From a virus: a stretch of 64,000 nucleotides of DNA. The notes under the pieces were generated by a model. It worked only from the letters and a program-made list of their open reading frames with translations. It was not told the DNA's origin and ran no database searches. A program made the position numbers and the translations under genes. The stretch spans positions 1-64,000 of the IMG/VR virus record IMGVR_UViG_3300021085_000009; one strand, written 5' to 3'. Positions 25,561 to 35,730 of the stretch are shown here, one piece after another. Position 1 is the first letter of the stretch; each line of letters opens with the position of its first letter.

Positions 25561-28074
25561 TTATCCAAAAAACTCATCTAGCGTAGATACCTCTTTTGAA
25601 GACCAACCAATCGCATCGAGTATTGGTTCGATAGGATCTAGGAAAGTTTTTTGAAATTGGGTTTCGTGATCAATATATTTATTCAATCCAAACTCTGTTG
25701 GAAGATAATCTAGGAATGATATAACATTTTCCTTTATAGGATTAGGCGTTCTAAGATAAATGAATTTAATCTTTTCGCCGTTATTGATTTTGTTATATCG
25801 CTTACCTAGCGATAGATCATCGATTAATTTGTTGTAAAGTATTCCGCCACGAGCATGTATCGGAGTACCTTTTCTGTAAATAGTGTTTCTGTCTTGGAAC
25901 GAAGTAAGATTGGTTATACCCCTAGGGAATGCAATATCGTTTGGTTCTAGTGTTCTGAAGTATTGTCTGAAATGCTCAATAGATTTTTGTACATCAGATT
26001 CAGATGAATGCATAATAACTTTGAATATTTCTTTTAGTGCTTCTCGGCATGGTGCAGGTGTAGAAGATTTAATAGCTTCAATACCCATAATTTTTAGTTT
26101 AGGTTCTGCATATCGTACACCTTCGTTATCGTGCACATTAAGAATATATCGTTTCTTTGCAGTCCACAAACCACGATCAGCAATTACTTCTCGTCCCATG
26201 ACCATTTTGTTTTCAATGCCACCCATGATACCATATAGCTTTTTATATGCTTCTTCAAGGACAGGTTCTAGCTTTTCTCTGCAGACTGTGTCTAGAAAAT
26301 CAATAGGATTACTAGGGTTAACTGCTTTAACTAGGTCGTTTAAGCATACATACACTGAATCGGTGTCGATTGCCAAGACGTAATCTTTGTTAGTTTTGAG
26401 CACTTTATTGAGATATGTATTGATGGCTTCTTCAGCCCATCGTATTGTAAGTTGTCCGGAAAGTGTAATTCCTTCGGCAATTCGTTGATCGAAGAATCTG
26501 AAGTATTTGTTGCCAAGAGCACCATAAAGAGAATTAAGGAGGATTTTAATAGACATTTGCCTATTTTCGTTGATTGCAATATCCCTTTCAATTCTATAGA
26601 CTTCTTGTTTATCATTTTTATCTACCTTCTGCAATTCCTTTTGTGCTTTAATCATAGCCTTTTTAATTTGAACTCTTTCGCCATACATCTGTTCGATGAT
26701 CTTAGGTAAGATACCCTTTTTGTCAATATTGAAATACTGACCATTTGCACTTACAGCTTTACCTCTGTTATCTACAATTGTATGGTTTTTAAGAATACTA
26801 TCGACATCATAATCAGATAATTCACCAGAGGCTATCGTTTCTGGCGACATATTGTATTGCATAATTAGCGATGGATATAGTGAGTTTAAATCAAAAGATA
26901 CTACCCAATCGTTTATTCCAACTTGTGGATCTTTAACATATCCGCCAGGATAAGGTGTTTTTACTTTATCTTCTTGAAATGGAACTGCAATCTTTTGTGT
27001 TGAAAGATCTCTGTAAATAATAGAATCCCATATCGCTGTAGTTCCAAATGTATCGCCGTAGTTAACACCACCGCGATAAGCCATCGTTAAAGCTAGTGTA
27101 ATAAGACCAAGTTTATCTTCGATCCTATCGACCAACTCAACATCTTTAATATTATAGTCAATAAACTTTTGATGATCGTTTAAGTATAAACTAAATAGAC
27201 TTGAGTGTTCTTCGTATGAAAGTTTCTTCTCGCCTAGAACAACATGTGATATATGATTAAGTGAATACGATTCTTGAGCACCGTATGAATAACCAAACTT
27301 CTTGAATAGTTCCATATAGTCAAGTTGAGATATTCCAGCAATTTCGTATGCTGTTTGTTTACGAGCCATAATAGTAACATCTCGTGAATCGATTAATCCC
27401 CAAGGTGATAACTTTTTAACCCAGTCGGAACCTAGCAAATTATTGATTCTGTTTACAAGGTATGGAATATCAAAGAATCTTGAGTTCCAACCTGTAACAA
27501 CATCTGGACAATGTGTTGGTGATGACCAATGTGTTATAAAGTCCAAAAGTAATTGTCCTTCAGTATCGCACTTTTTATACACGACACGATTGGTTTGCAT
27601 AATGGATTGATTTACATCATAATCCCTTAATGCCCATACGTAATAAGTATTGTCAATATTGTTTTTAATACAGATAGCAGTAACCTCTTTTGAGGCTACA
27701 TCTGGTTCAGGAAACCCGTCGTCTGATGCGACTTCAATATCGATTGTAGTAACATTAATTGCGTTACGATCAAATTCGATATTACCTGGAAACTTTTCGT
27801 TTATAAACGTAGAAATATAACGGTTGTTTCCGTATATTTTTCGTCCTGAAACATCTTTGTTTAAACTGATCCAATCTTTAGCATCGCGCATAGATTCGAA
27901 TTGTGTGACTGGTGCAACTGGAGTTCCATCCAATGCTTTCCAATCTGTAGGTTTACTTGTAGCGACGTACAAGGTTGGTTTGTATTTTACTTTTCTGCTT
28001 ACTCGATTACCGTTTTCGATACCACGATAGAGTAACATATTGCCATATCGGCCGACATTAGTATAAAAATTCAT
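25561..28074 (-). CDS. 43: Family B DNA polymerase gp43
   Basis: DIEV exo I, SFDLNSLYPS, KILLNSLYG, DTDS, KKRY; no intein or intron apparent. Confidence 0.97.
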   Translation of the reverse strand: MNFYTNVGRYGNMLLYRGIENGNRVSRKVKYKPTLYVATSKPTDWKALDGTPVAPVTQFESMRDAKDWISLNKDVSGRKIYGNNRYISTFINEKFPGNIEFDRNAINVTTIDIEVASDDGFPEPDVASKEVTAICIKNNIDNTYYVWALRDYDVNQSIMQTNRVVYKKCDTEGQLLLDFITHWSSPTHCPDVVTGWNSRFFDIPYLVNRINNLLGSDWVKKLSPWGLIDSRDVTIMARKQTAYEIAGISQLDYMELFKKFGYSYGAQESYSLNHISHVVLGEKKLSYEEHSSLFSLYLNDHQKFIDYNIKDVELVDRIEDKLGLITLALTMAYRGGVNYGDTFGTTAIWDSIIYRDLSTQKIAVPFQEDKVKTPYPGGYVKDPQVGINDWVVSFDLNSLYPSLIMQYNMSPETIASGELSDYDVDSILKNHTIVDNRGKAVSANGQYFNIDKKGILPKIIEQMYGERVQIKKAMIKAQKELQKVDKNDKQEVYRIERDIAINENRQMSIKILLNSLYGALGNKYFRFFDQRIAEGITLSGQLTIRWAEEAINTYLNKVLKTNKDYVLAIDTDSVYVCLNDLVKAVNPSNPIDFLDTVCREKLEPVLEEAYKKLYGIMGGIENKMVMGREVIADRGLWTAKKRYILNVHDNEGVRYAEPKLKIMGIEAIKSSTPAPCREALKEIFKVIMHSSESDVQKSIEHFRQYFRTLEPNDIAFPRGITNLTSFQDRNTIYRKGTPIHARGGILYNKLIDDLSLGKRYNKINNGEKIKFIYLRTPNPIKENVISFLDYLPTEFGLNKYIDHETQFQKTFLDPIEPILDAIGWSSKEVSTLDEFFG

Positions 28075-28099
28075 TCATTCACCTTTGATAATATAGTCT

Positions 28100-28128
28100 A
28101 TTATACCATACTTTACTGCACATGTACA
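28100..28128 (-). promoter_or_regulatory. TGTACA-N17-TATAAT promoter of gene 43
   Basis: Exact motif and spacing. Confidence 0.8.
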
Positions 28129-28139
28129 CATGTAAAATG

Positions 28140-28170
28140 AAAAAAGTAGGGGGAGATGACTCCCCCGACT
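28140..28170 (-). terminator. Rho-independent terminator
   Basis: GGGGGAG-TCAT-CTCCCCC followed by TACTTTTTT on minus strand. Confidence 0.85.
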
Positions 28171-28181
28171 AAGCTTAGTCA

Positions 28182-28301
28182 TTAGTATGAATTCAATTGA
28201 AGATAAATTATGAACGGTGAAATTAATAAAATCCCACTCATTAAAAATATCAGTTCGAATCCAGTCCTAATGCCATCCTTGTGTTTACGTATGTAACCCA
28301 T
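28182..28301 (-). CDS. Small single-TM protein (39 aa), not in ORF track
   Basis: MGYIRKHKDGIRTGFELIFLMSGILLISPFIIYLQLNSY, GGAG SD, lies between hsp20 and the terminator. Confidence 0.55.
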   Translation of the reverse strand: MGYIRKHKDGIRTGFELIFLMSGILLISPFIIYLQLNSY

Positions 28302-28358
28302 GATTTGACTCCAGTAAATTGTTAAACAATCCACTGAGTTTTCGCTGCTCACCAGAAT

Positions 28359-28814
28359 CTATTCTTGAATAAATTCCTTCTTCTTTGATGCCCCAGCAGA
28401 CCCGATTTCGATCTTCCTAGGACGCCTCTCTTCTGGAACCTCAACTCTGGCGTTAACCACAAGTATTCCGTTCACTAGATCAGCCCCGTCTATTACGACA
28501 AATTCAGAGAGTCGGAAGGACTTCTCAAATTTGCGGGATGATATACCTTTATGTGCATATTCACGATCATCGTCTTCATTATGTTGACCTTTTATTAAAA
28601 GAATACCATCCTTTACTTCCAATGAAATATCATCTTCAGAAAATCCAGCAACTGCAAGTTCGATATTGAAATTATCGTCATCGATCTTTACAACGTTATG
28701 GGGTGGATAATTATCTTGAGATCTTCCAGCTTGGTGGATTCTTTCAAGTTCATTTAATATTGGATCAAATCCAATAAAGAGGGAACGCGGCACGTTCATT
28801 GCATTTCTTACCAT
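28359..28814 (-). CDS. hsp20: Small heat-shock protein Hsp20 (IbpA-like)
   Basis: YPPHNV, ELAVAGF, HKGISSRKF, NGIL, PEERRPRKI. Confidence 0.93.
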   Translation of the reverse strand: MVRNAMNVPRSLFIGFDPILNELERIHQAGRSQDNYPPHNVVKIDDDNFNIELAVAGFSEDDISLEVKDGILLIKGQHNEDDDREYAHKGISSRKFEKSFRLSEFVVIDGADLVNGILVVNARVEVPEERRPRKIEIGSAGASKKKEFIQE

Positions 28815-28875
28815 TTTAGTTTCTCCTATTTAAAGCAAGATTAATATATGGACCCGATTATTCGGCATCCACGTT

Positions 28876-28883
28876 TATTTATA
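28876..28883 (-). promoter_or_regulatory. T4 late promoter upstream of hsp20
   Basis: TATAAATA. Confidence 0.7.
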
Positions 28884-28895
28884 CAACTTAGGAAC

Positions 28896-29318
28896 CTAGT
28901 TTGTGTTTCCTATGTTATATTTTGGACATAATTCCCAAAGAGCTTTATCTTTGTGTGGTATCACTTTGATTTGTCTCAAAGGTGCTACGTCCTTAAACAG
29001 ATTAGGTTCAATCATAGAGACCAATCCCCAATCTGATAACAGCGTTGCAATTGTGTTGCGGCGCTGAATATCGTTTTCTAATAGATTGGATGGTTTTCCA
29101 TCTAATAGAAATAATTCTTTAAAATGTACAATAAAGTATCTACCCTGCTTATGCAGAATATGACACGATTGATACAGTTTGCTTTCTTTGCGAGAAGCCA
29201 CTCCAATTCTGGTTAATGTTTCTCTTACTTTTAGAAAATCGTCTGGTTCATTAAGTGATACTTCAAGCATCGAACCAGGTGTCCAATTTTGTATTGGGTT
29301 ATTATTTAGTTCTTCCAC
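28896..29318 (-). CDS. regA: Translational repressor RegA
   Basis: DFLKVRETLTRIG..LYQSCHILHKQGRYFIVHFKE. Confidence 0.95.
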   Translation of the reverse strand: MEELNNNPIQNWTPGSMLEVSLNEPDDFLKVRETLTRIGVASRKESKLYQSCHILHKQGRYFIVHFKELFLLDGKPSNLLENDIQRRNTIATLLSDWGLVSMIEPNLFKDVAPLRQIKVIPHKDKALWELCPKYNIGNTN

Positions 29319-29682
29319 CTTTACTAATCCTTTGATTCAAATCAGCAATTTCGTCATTGCTGAATAATGATAAAACAGATCTAGCTTTTTCATTGCTATA
29401 TCCATAATATTGTTTAATTACTTCAAGATTTGCTATATTAGTCTTCTTAGACCATTTAGTAAATCTACTCTTTTTCTTAATAATATTTATAAGAAAATCG
29501 AATTGAAGCTTGCTATCTAAATGATGTGATATATTCATTTCATTAGCCATAAGAACAGTATCAGGGAAAAACGATAAGCCTCTATTTACCATAAAGGCGT
29601 TATACTCATTTTCAGATAAGTCGTCTACAATAATATTCTTTTTAGAATTATTGATTGCTTTTAGATAATCGAATGGTGTCAT
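29302..29682 (-). CDS. 62: Clamp loader small subunit gp62
   Basis: YNAFMVNRGLS..ANEMN..YYGYSNEKA; synteny. Confidence 0.9.
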   Translation of the reverse strand: MTPFDYLKAINNSKKNIIVDDLSENEYNAFMVNRGLSFFPDTVLMANEMNISHHLDSKLQFDFLINIIKKKSRFTKWSKKTNIANLEVIKQYYGYSNEKARSVLSLFSNDEIADLNQRISKGGRTK

Positions 29683-30614
29683 TTGAATTTAACTCCAGCC
29701 ATTATCTCAGTTAAGCATGCAACCATATTCAACTCATGATCAGCGACGAATGAATTTTTGTATTGGTAATCTGCCAAAATAAGTACCAGTTGCGGTATAC
29801 TTTGAGGATCAACATATTCATTCATGTTATCGTAAACTTTACGAAAGAGTGAAGCTGGTTCTGTGTCAATATTGTCTGCAACCCATTGTCGCATAAGCTT
29901 AAAGTTTTTAAGTTTTAGATGTTCCATTAAATCACTAATAGATGCATCAGAAAGCGTTACAAGTATTCCAGTATCAATTGTTCCACTGGTACTATATCGC
30001 TGTAACTCATTCAACACTTTACGCCAATCAGGCATGTGTTTAGTAATAAGTTCTGCAATAACATTACGATCGTAATCAATATTTTCCTGATTTAGAATAA
30101 CTTCACAGCGGTGAAGGAATTGAACACAGAGTTTTGGCATTGACTTTTTAGGTACATTAAACTCGATGGTTGTGCATCGAGAATGAAGTGGATCGATAAT
30201 TCTGTTTTTGAAATTGCATGTTAGTATAAACCTACAGTTTCCTGAGAATTCTTCGATGAATCCACGCAAAGCTGGTTGTGTTGATTGTGGGTTCAAGTAG
30301 TCTGCTTCATCAAGGATAACTACTTTATAGCCACCTTGTAATGATACCGATGAAGCAAACTGCTTGATTTTACCTCTGAGAGTATCAATGTTACCCTCTT
30401 CGGAGCCATTAATTATAATATAATCTAATGACAACTCGTTGCACAAAGCTTTAGCGACAGTAGTTTTACCAAGGCCGGCTGAGCCGGTAAGAAGCATATT
30501 GTGTAAGTCACCCCCTCTAACAATATCTTCAAAAGTTTTCTTGATTGAATTTGGTAAAATTGTATCTTTAATCGTTTGTGGACGATATTTCTCTACCCAA
30601 AGAAATTCTTGCAT
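29679..30614 (-). CDS. 44: Clamp loader ATPase gp44
   Basis: WVEKYRP, GLGKTT, DEAD, SRC. Confidence 0.95.
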   Translation of the reverse strand: MQEFLWVEKYRPQTIKDTILPNSIKKTFEDIVRGGDLHNMLLTGSAGLGKTTVAKALCNELSLDYIIINGSEEGNIDTLRGKIKQFASSVSLQGGYKVVILDEADYLNPQSTQPALRGFIEEFSGNCRFILTCNFKNRIIDPLHSRCTTIEFNVPKKSMPKLCVQFLHRCEVILNQENIDYDRNVIAELITKHMPDWRKVLNELQRYSTSGTIDTGILVTLSDASISDLMEHLKLKNFKLMRQWVADNIDTEPASLFRKVYDNMNEYVDPQSIPQLVLILADYQYKNSFVADHELNMVACLTEIMAGVKFK

Positions 30615-30871
30615 TATAGTACCTCCCAACCAAGAACAGTATCTAATCTAAACGATCTCCATGCATCTTTGTCAAGAGACCAAGCTGCAACATGATCCGT
30701 GCCAGGATCGACGTTTTCGATAATAGAGTTAACTCCATTAGCTTTTAGAACTGTGGGGTTGAGAGTACATGGCATGACTCTAATTTCGTCTGAGTCAATT
30801 TTTTGAAAGGTTACTGTAACAGAACCTCGTTTTAGTGCTTCGATTAAGCGTGATGTTTCATTGCGATCCAT
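30614..30871 (-). CDS. WYL/SH3-like small protein (DUF2693-like)
   Basis: VTFQKIDS..RVMPCTL..WRSFR. Confidence 0.6.
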   Translation of the reverse strand: MDRNETSRLIEALKRGSVTVTFQKIDSDEIRVMPCTLNPTVLKANGVNSIIENVDPGTDHVAAWSLDKDAWRSFRLDTVLGWEVL

Positions 30872-30895
30872 AATAAATCCTTCATAATAAAATTA

Positions 30896-30921
30896 ATAAA
30901 ATACGGAGGAGCCACCTCCGC
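30896..30921 (-). terminator. Probable intrinsic terminator
   Basis: GCGGAGG-TGGCT-CCTCCGT followed by ATTTTATT on minus strand. Confidence 0.65.
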
Positions 30922-30939
30922 AATAGGCTAATCTTTCAA

Positions 30940-31215
30940 CTAAGCGTCTTCTTCGCCAGTATCAACAGTTACATCAGGGTCGCCTTCAGATGGTACCATA
31001 CCTTCTGGAGCTTTTTCGCCTTGAGCTGCTGAAGCTTCGTTTAGAAACTGAACGGTTCTATTTCTAAGACCGCCGACTGCTTCCATTTCTTGACCTTCAA
31101 AACCACCTCTTTTAGAACAGATATCGATAATCTGCACAAAAGTTGAGATGTCTTGAAGACTTAGTTGTACTGGTTCTTGTTGCTCACCAGCTTGAGTTTC
31201 TACTTGATTAGTCAT
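30940..31215 (-). CDS. Conserved hypothetical protein (late)
   Basis: LSLQDI..IIDICSKRGGF..E...VG; strong AAGGAG SD. Confidence 0.65.
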   Translation of the reverse strand: MTNQVETQAGEQQEPVQLSLQDISTFVQIIDICSKRGGFEGQEMEAVGGLRNRTVQFLNEASAAQGEKAPEGMVPSEGDPDVTVDTGEEDA

Positions 31216-31331
31216 TTTGTTTCTCCTTTGATCAAAGTTAGACTATAATTTGTAAGACCGGTTATCCGCATCTTACACTATATCCTCATAGTTATTATGA
31301 GAATTCCTATTGCGTATATAATATACCATTA

Positions 31332-31339
31332 TATTTATA
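31332..31339 (-). promoter_or_regulatory. T4 late promoter overlapping the gene 45 stop
   Basis: TATAAATA. Confidence 0.65.
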
Positions 31340-32006
31340 CGCCGAATGTTGACGCTTTCTCTAAAGCGATAAAATATTTAACTGCCATTGATGAACATGT
31401 CCACTGTGAAATTAGTTTAGAACTGATATTCACAAAGTAATCACCTTCGATCAATTTTAGATTATTAATATTTACGATGAAATTAAACTCTTCAGTACAA
31501 TCGTTATTGTCATTGAGCTCAATATCAAATGAGTTAGCAGTAGCATCTGAACTATCAACTACTGATAGCGTTACTTTACCGCCACTGCCTTTAATAGACA
31601 TTTCAGTATGTCCAAGTACAGCAGCTGCTTTACGAACCTGCGATAAAACTTCCTGTGTAATGGAAATTCCAACTTCAGTGTCTGGCATTGTAATTTCTTT
31701 AGAAGGAGATGTTAAGATCTCTGGTTCTGAAAAGAAATATGTTACAGTGTTACCACCTGAAGTAATCTTAACGTTTTTATCTTGGAAATCAAAGTTTGGA
31801 TCTTGCACCAAATTTGAAACAGATAGGAATTCATTAAGATCGTAGATTCCAAACTCTGTAGGAAAATCATCAGTGCCATCAGCGATAGCCATAATGTTTT
31901 TAGCTTCAGAGATTGTTTTTAGTTGGCCACCAGGTTTAATCACAATGTTAGGATTAATGGTAGCAAAGTTTTTCAATACCTTGAGAGTATCGTTTGTTAT
32001 ATTCAT
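31335..32006 (-). CDS. 45: Sliding clamp gp45
   Basis: LKNFATIN, FGIYDLNEFL, YFIALE. Confidence 0.95.
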   Translation of the reverse strand: MNITNDTLKVLKNFATINPNIVIKPGGQLKTISEAKNIMAIADGTDDFPTEFGIYDLNEFLSVSNLVQDPNFDFQDKNVKITSGGNTVTYFFSEPEILTSPSKEITMPDTEVGISITQEVLSQVRKAAAVLGHTEMSIKGSGGKVTLSVVDSSDATANSFDIELNDNNDCTEEFNFIVNINNLKLIEGDYFVNISSKLISQWTCSSMAVKYFIALEKASTFGV

Positions 32007-32032
32007 AATATTACCTTTTTAATTAATAGTAT

Positions 32033-32061
32033 ATTATACCATACTTTTAGTATAATGTACA
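32033..32061 (-). promoter_or_regulatory. TGTACA-N17-TATAAT promoter of gene 45
   Basis: Exact motif and spacing. Confidence 0.8.
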
Positions 32062-32064
32062 TAG

Positions 32065-32352
32065 TTAGTTTGAATTAATCCTATCATGCTCATAAAGAGC
32101 GAGTAATGCATAATGCAATACCTTCATAAGATCCTTTCGGTGGTCTTTCACATCACCTTTTTTCCCGTACCTTGCATTGTATTTATCGACATTACCTAGG
32201 AAGAATCCTAGACCATGTCCACGATCCACTATAACCTCAGAGGATTGTAATCCTCCTTGACCATAATGTGCATCGTACGTAGAATCGATATACGCTTGGA
32301 GCTCTTTGATTAGAGCTCCTTCGTTAAATTTATAATTAATCTGTTTCGACAT
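32065..32352 (-). CDS. DUF3310-like conserved protein
   Basis: YIDSTY..HY..GFFLGN..KY..RYGKK..DLMKVLHY. Confidence 0.6.
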   Translation of the reverse strand: MSKQINYKFNEGALIKELQAYIDSTYDAHYGQGGLQSSEVIVDRGHGLGFFLGNVDKYNARYGKKGDVKDHRKDLMKVLHYALLALYEHDRINSN

Positions 32353-33463
32353 AATAATCCTCGTCAGTAATTGTTTCTATGCCTGCATCGACCTTACTGT
32401 AAAGATCTAGGAATGCTGCTTTTGTATCATCATCAAACCTTGAGATACATAAATCAATTGATTTCATTTTATCTTTAAAGATTGAGAATGTTTGTGCAAT
32501 ATGACACAACCTTCTTGTTGAAATAACCTCATCGACTCCATCATCGTAGAAAGTTTTTCTGATGATATCTGCCCATCCCACTAAGTTATCAGCAAAGTCT
32601 GTGTCGACTTCTCCAAATTTTTTCATGTGGTTATTAACAATTTTCTTTTCAACTGATACTGATGGAAATGCTTGATCTATTGAGATAGTAAATCTTTCCA
32701 AGAATGCATCGTCGATAATTGAGGCAGCTGTGAATCTTCCATCGTCTGACCCTTTACCCTTTGTGTTAGCAGTTGCTATTACATTGAAGCCACTAGAAGG
32801 TGTTACTACCTCTCCAGTTTTTTTAACTAAAACTGGTTTACCTTCTAAGATTCCTTGAAGGCACATAATTTTATTTGTAGCTCTATCAATTTCATCTAGA
32901 AGAAGTATAGCTCCGTTTTCCATAGCTTTTAGAACTGGACCTTTGGAGAAAACTGTTTCGCCATTGATTAATCTAAATCCGCCAATTAAATCGTCTTCAT
33001 CTGTCTCTGGATTAATTTGCACTCTGATAAACTCTCTGCCTTCTTTAGCACATGCTTGTTCGACCATAAAGGTTTTACCATTACCGCTTAGACCTGACAC
33101 ATAGATGGGATAGAACATTTCAGATTTAACGACTTTAACGACGTCTGAATATGCACCCCATGGTACGAATGTAGGATCAACTGAAGCAAACGTTTTCTCT
33201 TCATTTACTATTGATTGCATTCCAACTACTGTTGGTGATGTTTTAGCCATTGTATTAGATTCCCTCATTGGAATAATAACAGCTGAAAGATCGTATTGAC
33301 CTCTGACATCAGTCCTGTTATCAGTTGACGTTAGAGGTGAATAATCACTCTTTTTAAATCCTAGCGAATTTGCTATAGATACGATTTCTGCCTTTTTAAA
33401 GACAGTGCTATCTGGATATGTTTCCATTAAGCTTTTCAGTATTGTGTTTGTATTTACGTTCAT
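32336..33463 (-). CDS. MoxR/CobS-like AAA+ ATPase
   Basis: GLSGNGKT, ETDEDDLIGG, LLDEID, ATANTKG, AFLERF. Confidence 0.88.
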   Translation of the reverse strand: MNVNTNTILKSLMETYPDSTVFKKAEIVSIANSLGFKKSDYSPLTSTDNRTDVRGQYDLSAVIIPMRESNTMAKTSPTVVGMQSIVNEEKTFASVDPTFVPWGAYSDVVKVVKSEMFYPIYVSGLSGNGKTFMVEQACAKEGREFIRVQINPETDEDDLIGGFRLINGETVFSKGPVLKAMENGAILLLDEIDRATNKIMCLQGILEGKPVLVKKTGEVVTPSSGFNVIATANTKGKGSDDGRFTAASIIDDAFLERFTISIDQAFPSVSVEKKIVNNHMKKFGEVDTDFADNLVGWADIIRKTFYDDGVDEVISTRRLCHIAQTFSIFKDKMKSIDLCISRFDDDTKAAFLDLYSKVDAGIETITDEDYYVETD

Positions 33464-33492
33464 AATATAGTTCCTTATCAATTTATATAACT

Positions 33493-33566
33493 ATTATACC
33501 ATAGTTACTGCATAGTGTACAGGGTTATTTGCATTTATTTGCAAAATAATTAGCCTAAGTATCACT
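33493..33566 (-). promoter_or_regulatory. Early-type promoter with conserved upstream element (copy 2)
   Basis: TGTACA 33516-33521, TATAAT 33493-33498; 49/51 identical to copy 1 from the -35 upstream. Confidence 0.85.
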
Positions 33567-35730
33567 ATGCTACTGCTTGGCCAAATTTAGTCATCAAACT
33601 CTTATTGACCTTTTTACTTGAGCTATACTTTTTAAATGCTCTTGTTATTTGGCTTTTAGTTTGATCAGAAGTTGCTTCGAATTCGTCCTCGTCGGTATTA
33701 AACTCTTTGTCCAATACAATGTAGAGATTATCATAGCCTTTACTGTTTTTGTACTCGATACATTTGTTTTTGTTTCTTTCCTTTAACTTTGTTTTCTTAT
33801 GCTTATCAAAACTAGTGTCCCAATCATTAGCATCTTTATTTTGATCTCTATAACTTGAGAATATAGCACTATTTAGATCGCTTCTAGAATCAGCAATATA
33901 GAATCCTATAACATTAACTCCGTATCTTTTCTTAAGATTTTGTAAAAGACTTTTAGTACCATTAACGCCTCTTCCAGCTAGTGTTAGCTTTTTGCCGTCA
34001 ATAGTAGTTTTAATTTCTGCATCGTAGCCATAGTATGAGCTCGTGGTAGGAAGCTTCTTGTCTGCAAGAGATCTATCTTCAATAATGCTTAATCTGTTTG
34101 TATCACCATCTGTAATTAACATAAGGTTAACTTTCTCTAGATTTTTTATTGCTTTAAATTTCTTAATTAATTTGTGTGAACAAACTAGTGCATGGTTTAA
34201 AGGTGTTGATCCCCATTCTTCGCATCTATCGTATATTGAGTAATCATGAGGTCCTCTAGCACATTCCATTCTAGCATAAAGGTATTTTAAAGCTAATTCA
34301 AAATCATTCTTTTTAAGATCTGAATGAATAAGCTGAGGCATTGATAAATTGTCCATTTGAAAATCACCATCTCTATAAGAAGTATAATCGTAATTTCCGC
34401 CAGTTGTAAATGCGTATACATCAAACGGTATATTAACTGTTTTACAAAATATAATGCTATGAACTAATTGATCTAGTACATTACTTAAAACACCTGCCAT
34501 CGATCCAGAATAATCGATTAACATAAACATTCCATGATTTTTAGAATTGGCTAGGTTAGTCGTTTGTGAAAAAATGTCTTCTGATATTTTGTATGAATGT
34601 AATTTGTTAACATCAATTCTACCAGTTTTTGCTGTAGTAGCATACTGCCATTGATGCGCAGCTTTCTTTTGCTCAAATTCTTTTACTGCTGGCTGAACCG
34701 CTTTCTTAACTTTACTTAAGTACTTTTTAAATTCTACTTCCATATTCATTGTAAGAATTTGTTTTTTGTTAACAGTTCCATCTTCGTATTCGTGATTAAA
34801 ACCTTCTAATACCTTTTTTCTTCTAGACATTAAGTCTTTAAATGGAACAACAAATGGTGTAACGTCCTTAACATCATTAGCATAGAATGTAGTTGATACC
34901 TCAGGTATTAAATCCTTTTCCTTTGCTCTAAAGATTTCATCTGTAATAGATACATCTTCATCACTATGCTCTGGTAAAGGCGAGGCTACTGCTTTCTCCG
35001 CTTGTCCTGGTTCCTCAGAATCGTTAGATTCCTCGCCGTCTCTTGGTTCCTCTTCAGTAGCCTCTTGTTCTTCACTTGGTGTTTGCTCAAAATCATCATG
35101 ACCTTGAGTAGTAGGATCGTCGTTTTCTTCAGTATCGCTTTCATCAAAATCTGGAAGCGTCTCTGGTTTTTGAATTAGTTCTTCTTGGTTTTCTTTAGTA
35201 TAAGCTAAAATATCTCTAACAACATTTAAAACATCTTCGAATGATTCAGTAACCATTGTAGCGTTATATAATGCTGATTCTTCAGAGTTCATTGGAACAT
35301 TTAGTAATGTACCAATTTTAGCTTTAAGATTAATTTTATCAATTAACTTTACTTTTGCCCAATCAATATCAGTAAGATCGCCAAAGAATTCCTTAGCTAC
35401 TAATGAAGTATATCCTCTTGCCATTGGTCCAACCAATCCAGGATATTTTGATTTAATGTTTTTTTCAATCCTAGCGTCTTCAACTACATTAATGTATGAC
35501 CTAGGACATCCTTCTAATTTTTCTGGGCTATCGTGCCAGCCTTCGTATGGAGTAAATAATGCATGCCCTACTTCGTGACCTATAAAAAGATCCTCAACGT
35601 CCTTTGACATGTCTTTCCAATCTGGAAGACCTAGTACTCTGGATTTAATATCAAACCAAGCAGTATTATAGTTACCAACTTGGACAGTGATATTTTCTGT
35701 TGCTAGAAGTTTTGCTAAACTATTATTCAT
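33565..35730 (-). CDS. CobT-like vWA protein with N-terminal HExxH metallopeptidase-like domain
   Basis: HEVGH, NVVEDARIE, acidic linker, MIDAS DYSGS, TPL, ITDG. Confidence 0.8.
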   Translation of the reverse strand: MNNSLAKLLATENITVQVGNYNTAWFDIKSRVLGLPDWKDMSKDVEDLFIGHEVGHALFTPYEGWHDSPEKLEGCPRSYINVVEDARIEKNIKSKYPGLVGPMARGYTSLVAKEFFGDLTDIDWAKVKLIDKINLKAKIGTLLNVPMNSEESALYNATMVTESFEDVLNVVRDILAYTKENQEELIQKPETLPDFDESDTEENDDPTTQGHDDFEQTPSEEQEATEEEPRDGEESNDSEEPGQAEKAVASPLPEHSDEDVSITDEIFRAKEKDLIPEVSTTFYANDVKDVTPFVVPFKDLMSRRKKVLEGFNHEYEDGTVNKKQILTMNMEVEFKKYLSKVKKAVQPAVKEFEQKKAAHQWQYATTAKTGRIDVNKLHSYKISEDIFSQTTNLANSKNHGMFMLIDYSGSMAGVLSNVLDQLVHSIIFCKTVNIPFDVYAFTTGGNYDYTSYRDGDFQMDNLSMPQLIHSDLKKNDFELALKYLYARMECARGPHDYSIYDRCEEWGSTPLNHALVCSHKLIKKFKAIKNLEKVNLMLITDGDTNRLSIIEDRSLADKKLPTTSSYYGYDAEIKTTIDGKKLTLAGRGVNGTKSLLQNLKKRYGVNVIGFYIADSRSDLNSAIFSSYRDQNKDANDWDTSFDKHKKTKLKERNKNKCIEYKNSKGYDNLYIVLDKEFNTDEDEFEATSDQTKSQITRAFKKYSSSKKVNKSLMTKFGQAVA

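Noticed and set aside
28330-28356. CTGGTGAG-CAG-CGAAA resembling a hammerhead ribozyme core
   Set aside because: The conserved CUGA is CUGG, stem II would be a single pair, and no convincing stems I and III are present.
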